DNA of 62,822 nt, the filler included, from Globobulimina sp. (lineage: Eukaryota): assembly GCA_003354225.1 (NCBI GenBank). It is 37 parts of 37 records of this genome, joined end to end, with 100 filler letters (N's around TTAATTAATTAA, not from the genome) between each part and the next. Parts side by side here need not be neighbours in the genome. Positions count along the whole stretch, not along the records: positions 37,423 to 39,022 come from PIVH01014283.1; positions 39,123 to 40,722 come from PIVH01014284.1; positions 40,823 to 42,422 come from PIVH01014285.1; positions 42,523 to 44,122 come from PIVH01014286.1; positions 44,223 to 45,822 come from PIVH01014287.1; positions 45,923 to 47,522 come from PIVH01014288.1; positions 47,623 to 49,222 come from PIVH01014289.1; 30 more parts are not named here. One strand, written 5' to 3'. Of the stretch, positions 37,475 to 49,322 are shown piece by piece; position 1 is the first letter of the stretch; each line of letters begins with the position of its first letter. The notes beneath the pieces were generated by a model that worked only from the letters and a program-made list of their open reading frames with translations, did no database searches and was not told where the DNA came from. Made by a program: the position numbers and the translations under genes.

Positions 37475-39022
37475 ATGAGGCAAGCATTGGTAAACCAAAC
37501 AGACTGCACAGAGAATGCACCTGATCTCTCCATTGTGTATAATGAAACCTCAGTGAGTAAGATTAGAGGTGGCAGATATAAGAAGTCCATTACTGTTCAA
37601 CAACCATACGACGAACTGACCACAACAACTGCACAACAAGAGGAACTAACTATGGATACATCCCGTTTACTCTCACAAACCGACGCATTTATAAATCTTT
37701 GCAAATGTTTTTCAGGCGCTTCTTTATTTGCGATGCCATGGGCCTTTGCACAATCTGGTGCCTTATCCGGCGCGCTGTCAATATTGTTTTTAGCATTTCT
37801 GACCTATAATACGCTATTTTGGCTGGGCAAATGTAGTCATTTGGTATGCTCTCACCCATTTTTATTAAATTCTCACATAAAACATTGCTTTAAACCAAGC
37901 ATCCAACCATTTCCAAGCCCACTTATGCAGATATTGGCGCTTTAGCATTCGGGAAATTCGGTTTTTACCTGGTATGGCTGGCAACAATTTGCATGACAGT
38001 CGGAGTATGCGGTTCGTATTTAATATTTATCGGCTCTCAGTTATCGGATTTGATTAAAGTAAAATGGTTAAAACAAACGGTGGTAACTGCAGCCATTGCT
38101 ATTCCAATGATTTCTTTATCATTATTCCGTAGCTATTCCTTCTTAGTCCCCTTCACCATCTTAGGTTTGGTGTCGTTGTTTGCCGCTGTTGTTATTGTTG
38201 GGATTGAAGCTGTGGACCATATTGATTTAACCGACAGTAATTCCAATAATGTCGATTTTGTGGCGAATGAGAATGTTGGTTTATACCCGTTGTTCTTTGG
38301 AAATGCAGCATTTGCGTTTTTAATCCACTCCGTCATTTTGCCGATTGAGCAAAGTATGCGCGATCGGAAACGGTATGAAATGTCGAGTGATTATAAGAAC
38401 GCTTTGCGATTATCCATGGTTGCTGTCACTGCGATGTTGTTATTATTTTCTGGTTTCTCATATGTGGCATTTGGAGATGCTGTTTGTGGCAATATTATGA
38501 ATAACTTAAATGAGAATAAATGGTATACGAAAGCAGTAGTTATTGCTTTGTGCGTTAATGTGTTTTTTACCTATCCTTTGTTTTTATTTCCTATGACTGA
38601 GACATTAGAAATTGCGCTGTTTAATATTGATATTGACGATAAACATCAAAGTACAAATGACTGGAAGATTGAGATTAAGCGCAACATTTTAAGAGTCTGT
38701 TTAGGTACAAATACACAAAAACGAATTCAATGTACATTTCAATTGCGATATTACGCATTTTTTTTAAGACAAGTTTATCTCCGTTGAAATGTACATAATT
38801 ATATTTTTTTTAGTGTTGATAACTGGAGGTATTGCTGTTGGTGTTCCTGATTTTGAATTAATATGTGGGTTAACCGGGGCGTTGGGAAATAATGTGTTAG
38901 GGATCATATTGCCGCCAATTATGTATTTTAGACTGAGTAAACTCAATGGAAACGATGATGAGATATCAATATTTGATAAAATAGTCGGATATTTTACCAG
39001 TTCTCTTGGTGTTATTGTGTTG
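37475..39022 (+). CDS. Amino-acid/auxin permease (Aa_trans, SLC36-like), spliced, 3' truncated
   Basis: AFINLCKCFSGASLFAMPWAFAQSG, G.CGSYLIFI, FGNAAFAF, LPIEQSM, TYPL, LTGA..G.ILP. Confidence 0.92.
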
Positions 39023-39440
39023 NNNNNNNNNNNNNNNNNNNNNNNNNNNNNNNNNNNNNNNNNNNNTTAATTAATTAANNNNNNNNNNNNNNNNNNNNNN
39101 NNNNNNNNNNNNNNNNNNNNNNCATCAAAATTGATGCGATAACGATTGTTTGCAATGCTTGAGTGGTTATATTGGATAATTATAGACCTATATTTTATAA
39201 TTGTGTTTTGGTGGAGAGTTTATTTTTTAGCTTTAAGTTATTGTTGAATAAGTTTGCAATTCAATTTATATCTTCTTGCTGCTCATTAATTTAATTCCAT
39301 AGTGTTTCTCATTTATGGCTTAGTTTTAGTTCCTTGCCATGGCCTAAACCTAAGCGCGAATTCTCCTTTTTTTTTTTGACGAAAATTCGGTGCTTGAAAA
39401 CAAAAAAAGTGAAAGGAAAAAGAAACAAGAAACAATTAAT

Positions 39441-39590
39441 CTAAATTAACTCAGTTAAGTCAGAATAAACAGAAGAACCACGAAATGTAAACCAAACACA
39501 ACACGCAGCTGTCTACCTACCACAACTCAGTTAAGTCCGATAGAATAACAGAAGATCCATCAAATGTAAACCAACCACATTCAGAAGTGC
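39441..39590 (-). repeat. Diverged tandem duplication of the last ~20 codons of the phosphatase gene
   Basis: CGWFTFDGSSVILSDLTELW* is followed by CVWFTFRGSSVYSDLTELI*. Confidence 0.8.
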
Positions 39591-40284
39591 TAATATCACG
39601 GTCAAGTCCGGATGTTAATTTGTACATTTCATTCAATACCATTCCATGAGATACTATCAATATATCATTTGTCTCAGTCGCCAATTTTATTTTATATTCA
39701 TCCACAAACGTTTCATACATTCTTTTTTCATCTGTAATGACTGTCTGAGCCGGCCATCTGAGATTGAATGATCCAACAGAAAATCCAGAAACCTCACTGA
39801 AAATTGCTTGTATCTCTGGTAATGGCAAAGGACAATATTTTGTACCATTCAGACACCGACGGAGATCATTTTGTGTTTCACGAATTCTGTCATCAATCTC
39901 AATGTCTGTAATGTGTAAACATTTTGCAACGACTGCAGCGGTTTGGACACATCTCCGAAAAGGCGAAGATACAATTTTCTGAATGTTTAAATGTTGAATT
40001 CCACGCTGCATTGCCATAGCTTGCTCCGCTGGTAATATGAAATCAACAATTGGTGGATCATAGGGGCGAGTTGCTTTATCAGTCCACTTGGTACTCCCAA
40101 CCAAATCTGAATGGTCATCATATCTTCTTGAATGTCTCATAAATATTACTCTGGGATTTGATGCTCTAACTTGTGGAGTAATTCGTGGTTGTTTCGTAAA
40201 TGCATCACATTTATAACAGATGAGCAAAAAGCTGATGATGGAACTAATGATGGCAACAGGAATAAAAATTCTTTTGTTGACCAT
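39517..40284 (-). CDS. Histidine phosphatase (phosphoglycerate-mutase family) with N-terminal signal/anchor
   Basis: FMRHSRR.D, DPP, SSPFRRCVQTA and LIVSHG. Confidence 0.9.
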   Translation of the reverse strand: MVNKRIFIPVAIISSIISFLLICYKCDAFTKQPRITPQVRASNPRVIFMRHSRRYDDHSDLVGSTKWTDKATRPYDPPIVDFILPAEQAMAMQRGIQHLNIQKIVSSPFRRCVQTAAVVAKCLHITDIEIDDRIRETQNDLRRCLNGTKYCPLPLPEIQAIFSEVSGFSVGSFNLRWPAQTVITDEKRMYETFVDEYKIKLATETNDILIVSHGMVLNEMYKLTSGLDRDISTSECGWFTFDGSSVILSDLTELW

Positions 40285-42087
40285 TCTTTGTAATGTTTAT
40301 TACTTTATATTATCGATTTGCTAAATGCGGAGGTTTGCAATTTTCGGACTTTGCTAAATGCGAATTGCCGACAATTTTGTTAAATCAATGTATAAAGCCA
40401 GCTGCGTTATTTTTTAATTATTACCAGACTTTCTTGCTATGTCAGCAAGAGTGAGCAAAGCAGATTTGAATTTGGTTTCATAATATTCAAATGTTCTGTT
40501 TTTTGCTTTGTATTATCCTGAAACAGAATTTTGTAGTGTAAAGCAATTCCGAAATTTTATTTCAGCTAGTGGCACAATTTAAAAACAGAAACGTTTGATT
40601 GAATTTTTGTACATATTGATTATTAGTATATTATTCATATGCAACTTTTTCGTTGTCGAGGCAGAGTAACGTTTCCGAAAACACAGTTTTTGGCCGAGGG
40701 GGCTCCGGGGGGTGGTGGGTGGNNNNNNNNNNNNNNNNNNNNNNNNNNNNNNNNNNNNNNNNNNNNTTAATTAATTAANNNNNNNNNNNNNNNNNNNNNN
40801 NNNNNNNNNNNNNNNNNNNNNNTCAATGCAATCAAGCAAAATAATCAAATGTTAAAATATTTCAACCTCATCAACATACAACAAATATTAACATAATTGT
40901 TTTACTTTTGTTTGAATCGTTATTTAATTATATTATAAGTCCGCTAATCAAGACAACATACAATTAATTATTCAGTAATTTTTATCTCTTCCACTTTTCA
41001 ATCTGTTCAATTAACAGTGAAGTCAGTGAACTCTACAAATAGTACACTTATGTTAAAGGTTTTTCAAAAAGTGTAAAAACAGTATGTAAAAAGTGTAAAG
41101 GTTTTTCAACCAATTAATAACATCAAAAGTATTACAATATGTTCTAACCGTTGCACATAAATGCACATTATTAGAGCAGCAAACTCAAAAAAAACCTTAC
41201 TTAAACTTCTTCAAATCATCTTCTTTTCTAAGCATATACGACTCGCGCTGTGATTAGAGGTATATTGACTTGCGCTGTGATTAGAAATTGTGAATGTGGC
41301 ATATTCAATGAACAAAGACCCTTTCTACCATTTAAATACACAAAATATAACATCAAACTAGAATTTTCTTCGACTGCATGCCTCGCGAATATGCGTGGTA
41401 TAAAATAAAAATACGGCATGGCATCAAATCCATTTAAATGTCACGGGAGAGAAGCGATGTACACCCGGTCATTACACACTGCCTTAGCTATGAATATGAG
41501 TGATGATTATAAATTATTTCTGTGGATGCCGATTCTCCTCGAAAATGAATGAAGAACAAGCAATGTGGCAACATCTATGCATCCAATCTCTCGTTCAATA
41601 ATCCAGCACAAATCAACAACAATCAGTTTACCACAATTACAAGAATAAAGCGATAGACTTTGGCTCCCCGACAATGTAAAAAAACACACTCATATCATAC
41701 ATAAGCATCGTACGTGGCCACTGACGCCGTTTGACGGTTAAATTGTAGCTATTACATATTACTCCGCAGTCCCTCGAGCTACACAAATATCAAAATCATA
41801 ATCATTATAGTTTGAAACTGAAAAACAAGGCACCATCTTATTGAGAACCTGCAAATAGTAATAGCTGCGATAATTATTACAATGCAACATTCACAATTTC
41901 CAATCACAGCACATCACAGCCGTAGAATATGAGTGTATATGCTTAGAAAACACAATTAAATTTAATTAAGATATACAAATTTGTTTAAAACTTTTTTTTT
42001 AGCGAACTAGTCTTAAAGCGTAAGCATAGGCGGTTGCTGCATTGCGATCTATTTCAATCACAACAAACCAACACAAACAAGAAAAAC

Positions 42088-42422
42088 ATGGGACAATGCC
42101 ACACAAAACAAGAAAAATCAGGAACAACAAAACAATCCATATCCACTGATGAACAGACACAAGAAAACAAAGCAAATTCAGGACAAACAACACAATCAAA
42201 CGATGATACCTCCAAACCATTAATCGATTTTGATATTTTTTTAGAGAATAAAGCAGATGAAACGGATAATGAGAGTGATAAATGCATGCATAAAGTCAAT
42301 GAATGCCAACCAATAAAACGAGTGATTGCGGCGTTGATATATTATGAAATATTAAATGAGCGACAAACTGCGGATAGCAGCGGACAGAGAATATTTAGCG
42401 AGTTTTTGTGTGAAATGTATGC
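42088..42422 (+). CDS. Possibly acylated uncharacterised protein, 5' part
   Basis: Starts MGQC; C..IKR...AL.YY motif; frame open to the contig end. Confidence 0.55.
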
Positions 42423-42620
42423 NNNNNNNNNNNNNNNNNNNNNNNNNNNNNNNNNNNNNNNNNNNNTTAATTAATTAANNNNNNNNNNNNNNNNNNNNNN
42501 NNNNNNNNNNNNNNNNNNNNNNCCTGGTTTTGTATTTTTCTTCTTCGTTTGCGGTTTCTTCGTTGCTTTTGGTGGATTGATCTTTGTTTTGAATATTTTC
42601 TACTTCTTTGGCTGGGCGAA

Positions 42621-43538
42621 TTATTTTCTAAACCTAGTATCATCGGCTATCATGCCATCAATCCATATTTGAATGTTCCATATTTCACAATCCAAAACAA
42701 TACGAACGTTGTCATAAAATGTATCCCTGTCATAAAATGTATCATTACCATATACGCGTGCAATCACTCCATCCCCTCTCCATTTGGAACCACGATGAAA
42801 CATATAATCATTGACATTTGTAACCACCCCGAAATAGATAGATGTTTGCATCCCATACTTTGACTGCGGAATGATCCATTCATGAACACCTTTGTTAAAA
42901 CCCTGAGTTGAACCAAGTTGTGTTTCATAACAATCTCTGTCAAGTACATTTCTTGTATGTACATGTCCATTTTTTCTTTTTTCTGACCAAAATTGACGGT
43001 CATATCCTCCATACTTTATCAAATCAAATAAAATTTTGAAATGTTTCTCAATAATATATGTGGAGAACACAGATATCAAATTGACGACATCTGTGCTCAT
43101 ATTGCATGACAACAATGTTGCAACATTTTTTAACCAGTGTTCAATGATAATAACATTGTTTTTATGTTCCAAGTTGTTCTGAAATAATTTGTGATGAATT
43201 TGTTTTTCAATTCCCAATGTCCAATAATCTGAATGTGAATAATCTGTTTTCTTCTGTTGTTTGGGTAATATACGTTTTTCAATCAACTCATCGGGAGATG
43301 GTCTATGACCAATTTTGTATTCTAAGCTCCTAAGTCTCGATGCTTGTATTTTATCATCGCTGTCTTCTGGCTCTGTAGCACTGTCAGTTGAATAACATGA
43401 AGAGGATTTGGATGAATTATTGGATGCAAATGAATGATCAGATGATGAATGATCTTCATGTGATGCTGATGGATTGCGTTTGTTATCATTGCTGTCAATA
43501 TGAAACATTTTCTCAATTATTGACTCTGATTCCGACAT
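42621..43538 (-). CDS. RPEL-motif protein with SPRY-like C-terminus
   Basis: LEYKIGHRPSPDELIEKRILP (RPEL) and GFNKGVHEW..IYFGVVTN (SPRY-like). Confidence 0.6.
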   Translation of the reverse strand: MSESESIIEKMFHIDSNDNKRNPSASHEDHSSSDHSFASNNSSKSSSCYSTDSATEPEDSDDKIQASRLRSLEYKIGHRPSPDELIEKRILPKQQKKTDYSHSDYWTLGIEKQIHHKLFQNNLEHKNNVIIIEHWLKNVATLLSCNMSTDVVNLISVFSTYIIEKHFKILFDLIKYGGYDRQFWSEKRKNGHVHTRNVLDRDCYETQLGSTQGFNKGVHEWIIPQSKYGMQTSIYFGVVTNVNDYMFHRGSKWRGDGVIARVYGNDTFYDRDTFYDNVRIVLDCEIWNIQIWIDGMIADDTRFRK

Positions 43539-43614
43539 TCTAGAGTTTACTAACTAATAAAAAAAAATGACTTTTAATAGGTTTTTTAGTACAGTTCATC
43601 TTTAGTCATCAATT

Positions 43615-44122
43615 ATGGGAAACAAAGCTAGCAACCGAACTATCGAATCCTGGACAGATGACAAGATGACTGGTGTCGATGCACCCAAAGCACCACATAT
43701 TAACATCGAGAAACAGTTCAAATGGAGCAAATCAAACACAAAATTAGAAACAGTGCACAGAACAGAATCTAAAATCAGCGCCTGTGATTCTCGACGAATC
43801 ATTGACGATGAAAAAAATAATGCAATAATGTTTGCCACTGCAGATCAAAGTGGATATATAATCGTAACCAAAATGACAATATCCGAAAATAAAAAAGGAA
43901 AAAAACACACTCAATACTCCATATTGGACACTATCCAGTTACGCACTGCCTGGGTTATGGCAGTAGCAATATCCCCATCATGTAAATATATCGCATCGGG
44001 TGGATTGGACAACACTGTAACGATATTTTTGAAAAATAATCGCAATAAATATCAGCAATCGCAAATATTACAACACCATCAGGGCTACATAGCAAATATT
44101 AAATTCATTGACCATGGCTATG
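43615..44122 (+). CDS. Divergent G-protein beta subunit-like WD40 protein, 3' truncated
   Basis: IQLRTAWVMAVAISPS...ASGGLDN..TIF and L..H.GYI...KF match G-beta WD repeats 2-3. Confidence 0.8.
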
Positions 44123-44222
44123 NNNNNNNNNNNNNNNNNNNNNNNNNNNNNNNNNNNNNNNNNNNNTTAATTAATTAANNNNNNNNNNNNNNNNNNNNNN
44201 NNNNNNNNNNNNNNNNNNNNNN

Positions 44223-45602
44223 ACTCTGCTCATTTCCGGCAGTAAATCCCTTAGTTCCATTCATATTTCCCTCTGTTGGATGTTCATGATCATCGCTGTA
44301 TAAATCATCACCAGATTCATCATCATCGTAATTATATATACCAGCACCTCCAATGTTTTCTACTTCCACCATTTCAATATCATTTATTTTATCATCATTA
44401 TTCATATTCGAATTCGGTGTCACCATTTGATTAACATTTGAATCATGACCAATACTAACAATATCTTGATTTCTTTTATTATTTCTTTGCTTTCGATAAT
44501 AAATCACCAAAAACACAGAAACAATGATGATAAACATCGATATTATAAAACAGCAACAAATTATAATAAGCAGCATCATCCAATCATCATTATCATTGTT
44601 TTTATGTTGATTTGCAATCGATGCTTCCACTGTGCTTGAAATAACAACCGGAGCTTCTTTTTGTTGCCAACTCGATGGCTCTTTAGTTGGTGCATTGGAT
44701 GGCGATGGTGTTGGGGTCATAGTTGGGCTCGATGTTGGCGCATCGGATGGTGCTGTTGTTGGTGTATGAAATGGTACATTGCTCGGAGAAGATGTTGGTG
44801 CATTGCTTGGTGGGATTGAAGGAGAAATGGATGGAGGATCAGATGGGAAATCTGTGGGAAATTGAGATGGGACATTACTTGGATTAGATGTCGGTGATGG
44901 AGTAAATGGGAAATCAGATTCTTTCAATATTTCAATGGAATCCAAATCAATGGAATCCAAGTCGCGGCCTCCCATTATGATGACAGCATCGTTGGATGTG
45001 ATGGAAGTATGCCATGCTTTTGGTTCATTCAAAGCAATGTTCCAATTTAATATGGACTCAGTGTATGGATCGAATACCTCAATAATTGATAATGGTAAGA
45101 TAGCATCAGAAAGGCCACCAAAACAGAAAATATAAGACAAAAAATAACGACATTCAAGATTTTCAATGGCTCTGCTTAATGTTTCATCGATTTTAATCCA
45201 TAAATCATTGGATATGCTGTATTTCTCAATAGAATCCAAAATATTTAATGCTGGACCATCCCATCCGCCAAATACATAAATGAACTCTGCTGTATTTTCA
45301 TCCATAGCACAACCATGATGCGATCGTTTTTGTTGTAATAATGTTTTTTGTGCCCATTCATCTTTCGAGATGTTATAAATTTGTGTTGTTGCTAACCATT
45401 GTCCGCCCACATTATCTCTGCCAGCAATCACAAACAAAATACCATCCACAATCATAAGGCATGAACCCTGAGCACGTTGAGGTAACAATGCATTGTATGA
45501 TGCTGTATTTTGGAAAGATTGTTGCTGTAAATCGAATATAATTAGATATACACCATAATGCCAAAATGCTCCAACATATATTCGAGGAACAGAATACAGC
45601 AA
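44223..45602 (-). CDS. Kelch-repeat type I membrane protein with PT/PS-rich stalk
   Basis: Kelch repeats IYVFGG, IFCFGG and IIMGG; PTxxP stalk; long hydrophobic helix followed by RKQR. Confidence 0.85.
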
Positions 45603-46006
45603 ATAAGATCCAATTGTTTGTGTACATTGTTGGCCATCATAATAAATTTGTTCTGCATTGAAAGGATTGTTAATATTTATATGTTGAATCCAAGTCTTCC
45701 ATCGATCATTGCTTGTGTATGAGCTGCTGAATCGAGTCGAGCTTTGGTAATTCTTTACATGGAGTACGCTATATGTTCGATTTTGGAAAGCAGAGTAAAA
45801 GGTTACTACTCCTTTATGTATTNNNNNNNNNNNNNNNNNNNNNNNNNNNNNNNNNNNNNNNNNNNNTTAATTAATTAANNNNNNNNNNNNNNNNNNNNNN
45901 NNNNNNNNNNNNNNNNNNNNNNACAGCAAAAAAAAAACCTTGCTATAAAATTAATAACGAAGTAAATGCTAGAATTATTAACAATGGAAATGGACTCATA
46001 GTATCT

Positions 46007-46477
46007 GTGCATATTTATATTTATAATACCGGCATAAAACAAAAGAATTATAATACCGTATATTTGTATAATGTGAATAATAATAAATGGAGTGACATTG
46101 GAAAAGATAGTTTGGGTGAATATGGTCGGACAAATATTGGAATAGTTTGTGATAAATTGCATACAGAGAAAGTTTATTTTATTGGCGGGAATAAGGCAGT
46201 CGACGAAGACCGTTATTGTAATTATTATAATTTGATAAAACAACAATGGATTCATCAACCTTTTACAAATTATGCATTTAATTCATATCGAAACAAATGT
46301 TGGATGGATGATTTTAATCAAATAATTTACGCCACAACAAATGCACAAACTGAGTCACCTCAATATGTAGAAATGCTTGATTTGCGGGATAATGCAAGCA
46401 AATGGATACTTTCTCAAACTACAATAAAACTTGAATTCCTGTTGGATGAAAAATGTTGTCTTGAATTCCTTTTGTAA
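46007..46477 (+). CDS. Kelch-like protein, C-terminal portion
   Basis: VYFIGG, YN....KW and VEMLDLR...KW. Confidence 0.6.
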   Translation: MHIYIYNTGIKQKNYNTVYLYNVNNNKWSDIGKDSLGEYGRTNIGIVCDKLHTEKVYFIGGNKAVDEDRYCNYYNLIKQQWIHQPFTNYAFNSYRNKCWMDDFNQIIYATTNAQTESPQYVEMLDLRDNASKWILSQTTIKLEFLLDEKCCLEFLL

Positions 46478-46485
46478 TTAAAGTA

Positions 46486-47205
46486 ATGGCACAGCCAGCA
46501 AATCCTAAAGCTAAAACGTTGATTGTTGTGGGAGGCACTGGTTTTGTTGGTACGATAATGTGTAGGGAAGGAATTTTGAATGGATTAAAGGTGATAAGCA
46601 TATCAAGAGGCGGTAAAAAGCCGCATTGGTTATTGGATTATGAATGGGCAAATAATGTCTTATGGTCGAAAGGTGATTGTTTAGCACCGCAATCTTTGGA
46701 AGCATATTTTGCAAATAAAGATTATAATATTATTGGTGTCATATCTTGTGTTGGCGGATTCCATTATTCTCAAACTGTAATGGAACAAAAATGTGGTGAC
46801 TGCAATGTGAATGTGTGTAAATTATCGAAACAATATGGAGTACGAAGATTTGTTCATATTTCTAGAGATAAAAGTAATTTGAACGATTGGTGGTATCCGT
46901 TTCCATATATAATGCCTGGTTATTACAGAGGAAAAGTAAAAACTGAAAGATATGTAAAACAATGTTATGACGATGGGAATGGTGTTTGTTTATTATCCGG
47001 ATTTGTCTGTGGCAAAAGATATGCATTCGGATTAAAATATATTCCCATTCCATTGGATTTATTATGTTCATGTATGAAATATATCTGTCCCGTAATTCAT
47101 ATTGATCAGCTTTGTAAAGCAGCTCTGCGATTTATAATATCGGAGCAGCCTTCAAAATGTGTTCTTGTGCCAAATAAAGACATCAGCGGATTTTGTAGAA
47201 ATTAA
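46486..47205 (+). CDS. Atypical SDR/NAD-binding epimerase (COQ11/NDUFA9-like)
   Basis: VVGGTGFVG..CR...V.SISR.G, W..GD, VISCVGGF and GYY.GK...E. Confidence 0.8.
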   Translation: MAQPANPKAKTLIVVGGTGFVGTIMCREGILNGLKVISISRGGKKPHWLLDYEWANNVLWSKGDCLAPQSLEAYFANKDYNIIGVISCVGGFHYSQTVMEQKCGDCNVNVCKLSKQYGVRRFVHISRDKSNLNDWWYPFPYIMPGYYRGKVKTERYVKQCYDDGNGVCLLSGFVCGKRYAFGLKYIPIPLDLLCSCMKYICPVIHIDQLCKAALRFIISEQPSKCVLVPNKDISGFCRN

Positions 47206-47622
47206 GCAAATTTCGATCAAGATAAAAATATTAGAAAATACATAGAACAAATCCAGACTCCATACCAAACAACAAAAAATATGATGATTTAATAATTAAC
47301 AAGCAATATATTTACATTTTTTGTATTAATAAAGTCCGTTTACTTTGAAATCCTCTTTCTTTATTTTCATATTCAATTTGCTTTACAAACCATCCTTTCT
47401 CTGTGAATTTTTGTTTATTCTTTGCAATAAATTCATTGATGGAACCCTTTGGTTGTACGATTTGAAATGCTTTAAATACAGATGCTGGTTTTTTATTTAT
47501 TAATTCTATACATTTAAATATCNNNNNNNNNNNNNNNNNNNNNNNNNNNNNNNNNNNNNNNNNNNNTTAATTAATTAANNNNNNNNNNNNNNNNNNNNNN
47601 NNNNNNNNNNNNNNNNNNNNNN

Positions 47623-49151
47623 ATAATATTGGAGAAGTTATCCCATTGTTTTAATACTTTGGTATATATACATATTTTGTACATATTATCGGCTCTTTGT
47701 TTTGTTTGTTTACAATATGTATACTCTCTCCATTTGCGAATAAAACAAGATAACATATGTTGCTGTTGCACGTCATGCAAAGTGTGAATCGCTGTTTTTC
47801 TATTTTTGATTCGTAAAAATTCTGATTTCCACATTGATATTGCTTTGATTATGGCAAATCTTTCATGCATTTTGCTTATTTTACATGCGATATCTCTTTG
47901 TTGTATAATATATTGATTGCAATCAAACCATTTATTAAAATAATGTTTTATGCATTTATATTTATGAATTATTAACAGTTCATTGTATTGTCTGTGATCA
48001 GTTAATGCGGACCTCCATTTTTCAAAATATTTGCATATTTGTTTTTGTTTAATTTGATGATAACAACTATTGAGGAAATCATATTTATCGTTCTTTGTAA
48101 TAACTGCGGTTTTCCAATTCGAAATCAATGATTTTATGGTATTTATTCTTTTATTGGTTGCAATTAATTGTTGTTTTTGATATAATTCGTTTTTCCGATA
48201 TATTGCATCCATCCATTTATTCATAAAATATACAATCTGAAAATGATTTAATTGCATTGAACATTTCGAACAAATCGCTCGATAATTTATATTTTCATAC
48301 GTCATTTCTCTCCAAACACTAAAACTCGATCGAATATATTTAATATCTCTCTGTATTCCAAATTGATAAATTTTAGATTTTAAATCTATATTTTTTTCAT
48401 ATGATTTAATCCAAACACTCAAACAATATTTTTTTGTTTCATTTTGTTTAATTAAACCATATTTCGCTCGAAACGATTCAACTTTTAATTTATTTGTTTG
48501 CTTTTCAAATTCTGTACCAATTCTCCATCCAAACATAAGTGTTTTTAATGTTTTATTTTTATAATATTCATCAATATATTCATACATTTGTATTTGTTGA
48601 TAACTTTGTTGCCAATTTACAAATGTTTTAAGTATTAACTTTCTCTCCAAATATATCTCATATTTTATACTTAATTGCAACGTATTTTGTCGAATAAATA
48701 TGCTTTGTTGCCAACATTTATACGCTTGTTTTTTGATTAAAATCTGATGAAATACCACCGCATTCATTTCACGCTCTCTTCTTTTCTTTTTATTTACAAC
48801 ATAATATCTCCAAAAACTCACACTTTGGCTCAACATTTGCACCCTATGATACCATTCAGATATTTCCAAATCATCGCGCAATTTCTTTCTAAATACATAC
48901 AACTTATACCAAATTCTAAATGATTTTATCATTTTTTTATTTTCATTTCGAATAACTATGTTATGATATTTTATTCTAATTTCATCCATATTTTGTTTTG
49001 ATGTTTTCCATTGCTTCAATGTCTTTGACAATAAATGACAATTACGAAATAACATTGCATTCAACGAATGTCTTCTTTTTACTTTTTCTAATCGCAAATA
49101 TGATTTCCATCCATTCAGTCCTTCAAATAATAAAACTATCTTTTGCTTCAC
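47623..49151 (-). CDS. Sfi1-like centrin-binding repeat protein fragment
   Basis: Regularly spaced L...F..W(K/R) repeats across more than 500 aa. Confidence 0.75.
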
Positions 49152-49322
49152 AGCTAAGCAATGGAAAGAGCTTATTCCCTCGAAAGACAGGACAAAGGAT
49201 TACATTTTATTTATAACAAAAANNNNNNNNNNNNNNNNNNNNNNNNNNNNNNNNNNNNNNNNNNNNTTAATTAATTAANNNNNNNNNNNNNNNNNNNNNN
49301 NNNNNNNNNNNNNNNNNNNNNN

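Noticed and set aside
40698-40722. G-rich contig end as telomere or G-quadruplex
   Set aside because: Only about 25 nt, aperiodic and cut by the contig edge.
41240-41286. Short direct repeat GACT(C/T)GCGCTGTGATTAGA
   Set aside because: Only two copies with no further structure; likely a local duplication.
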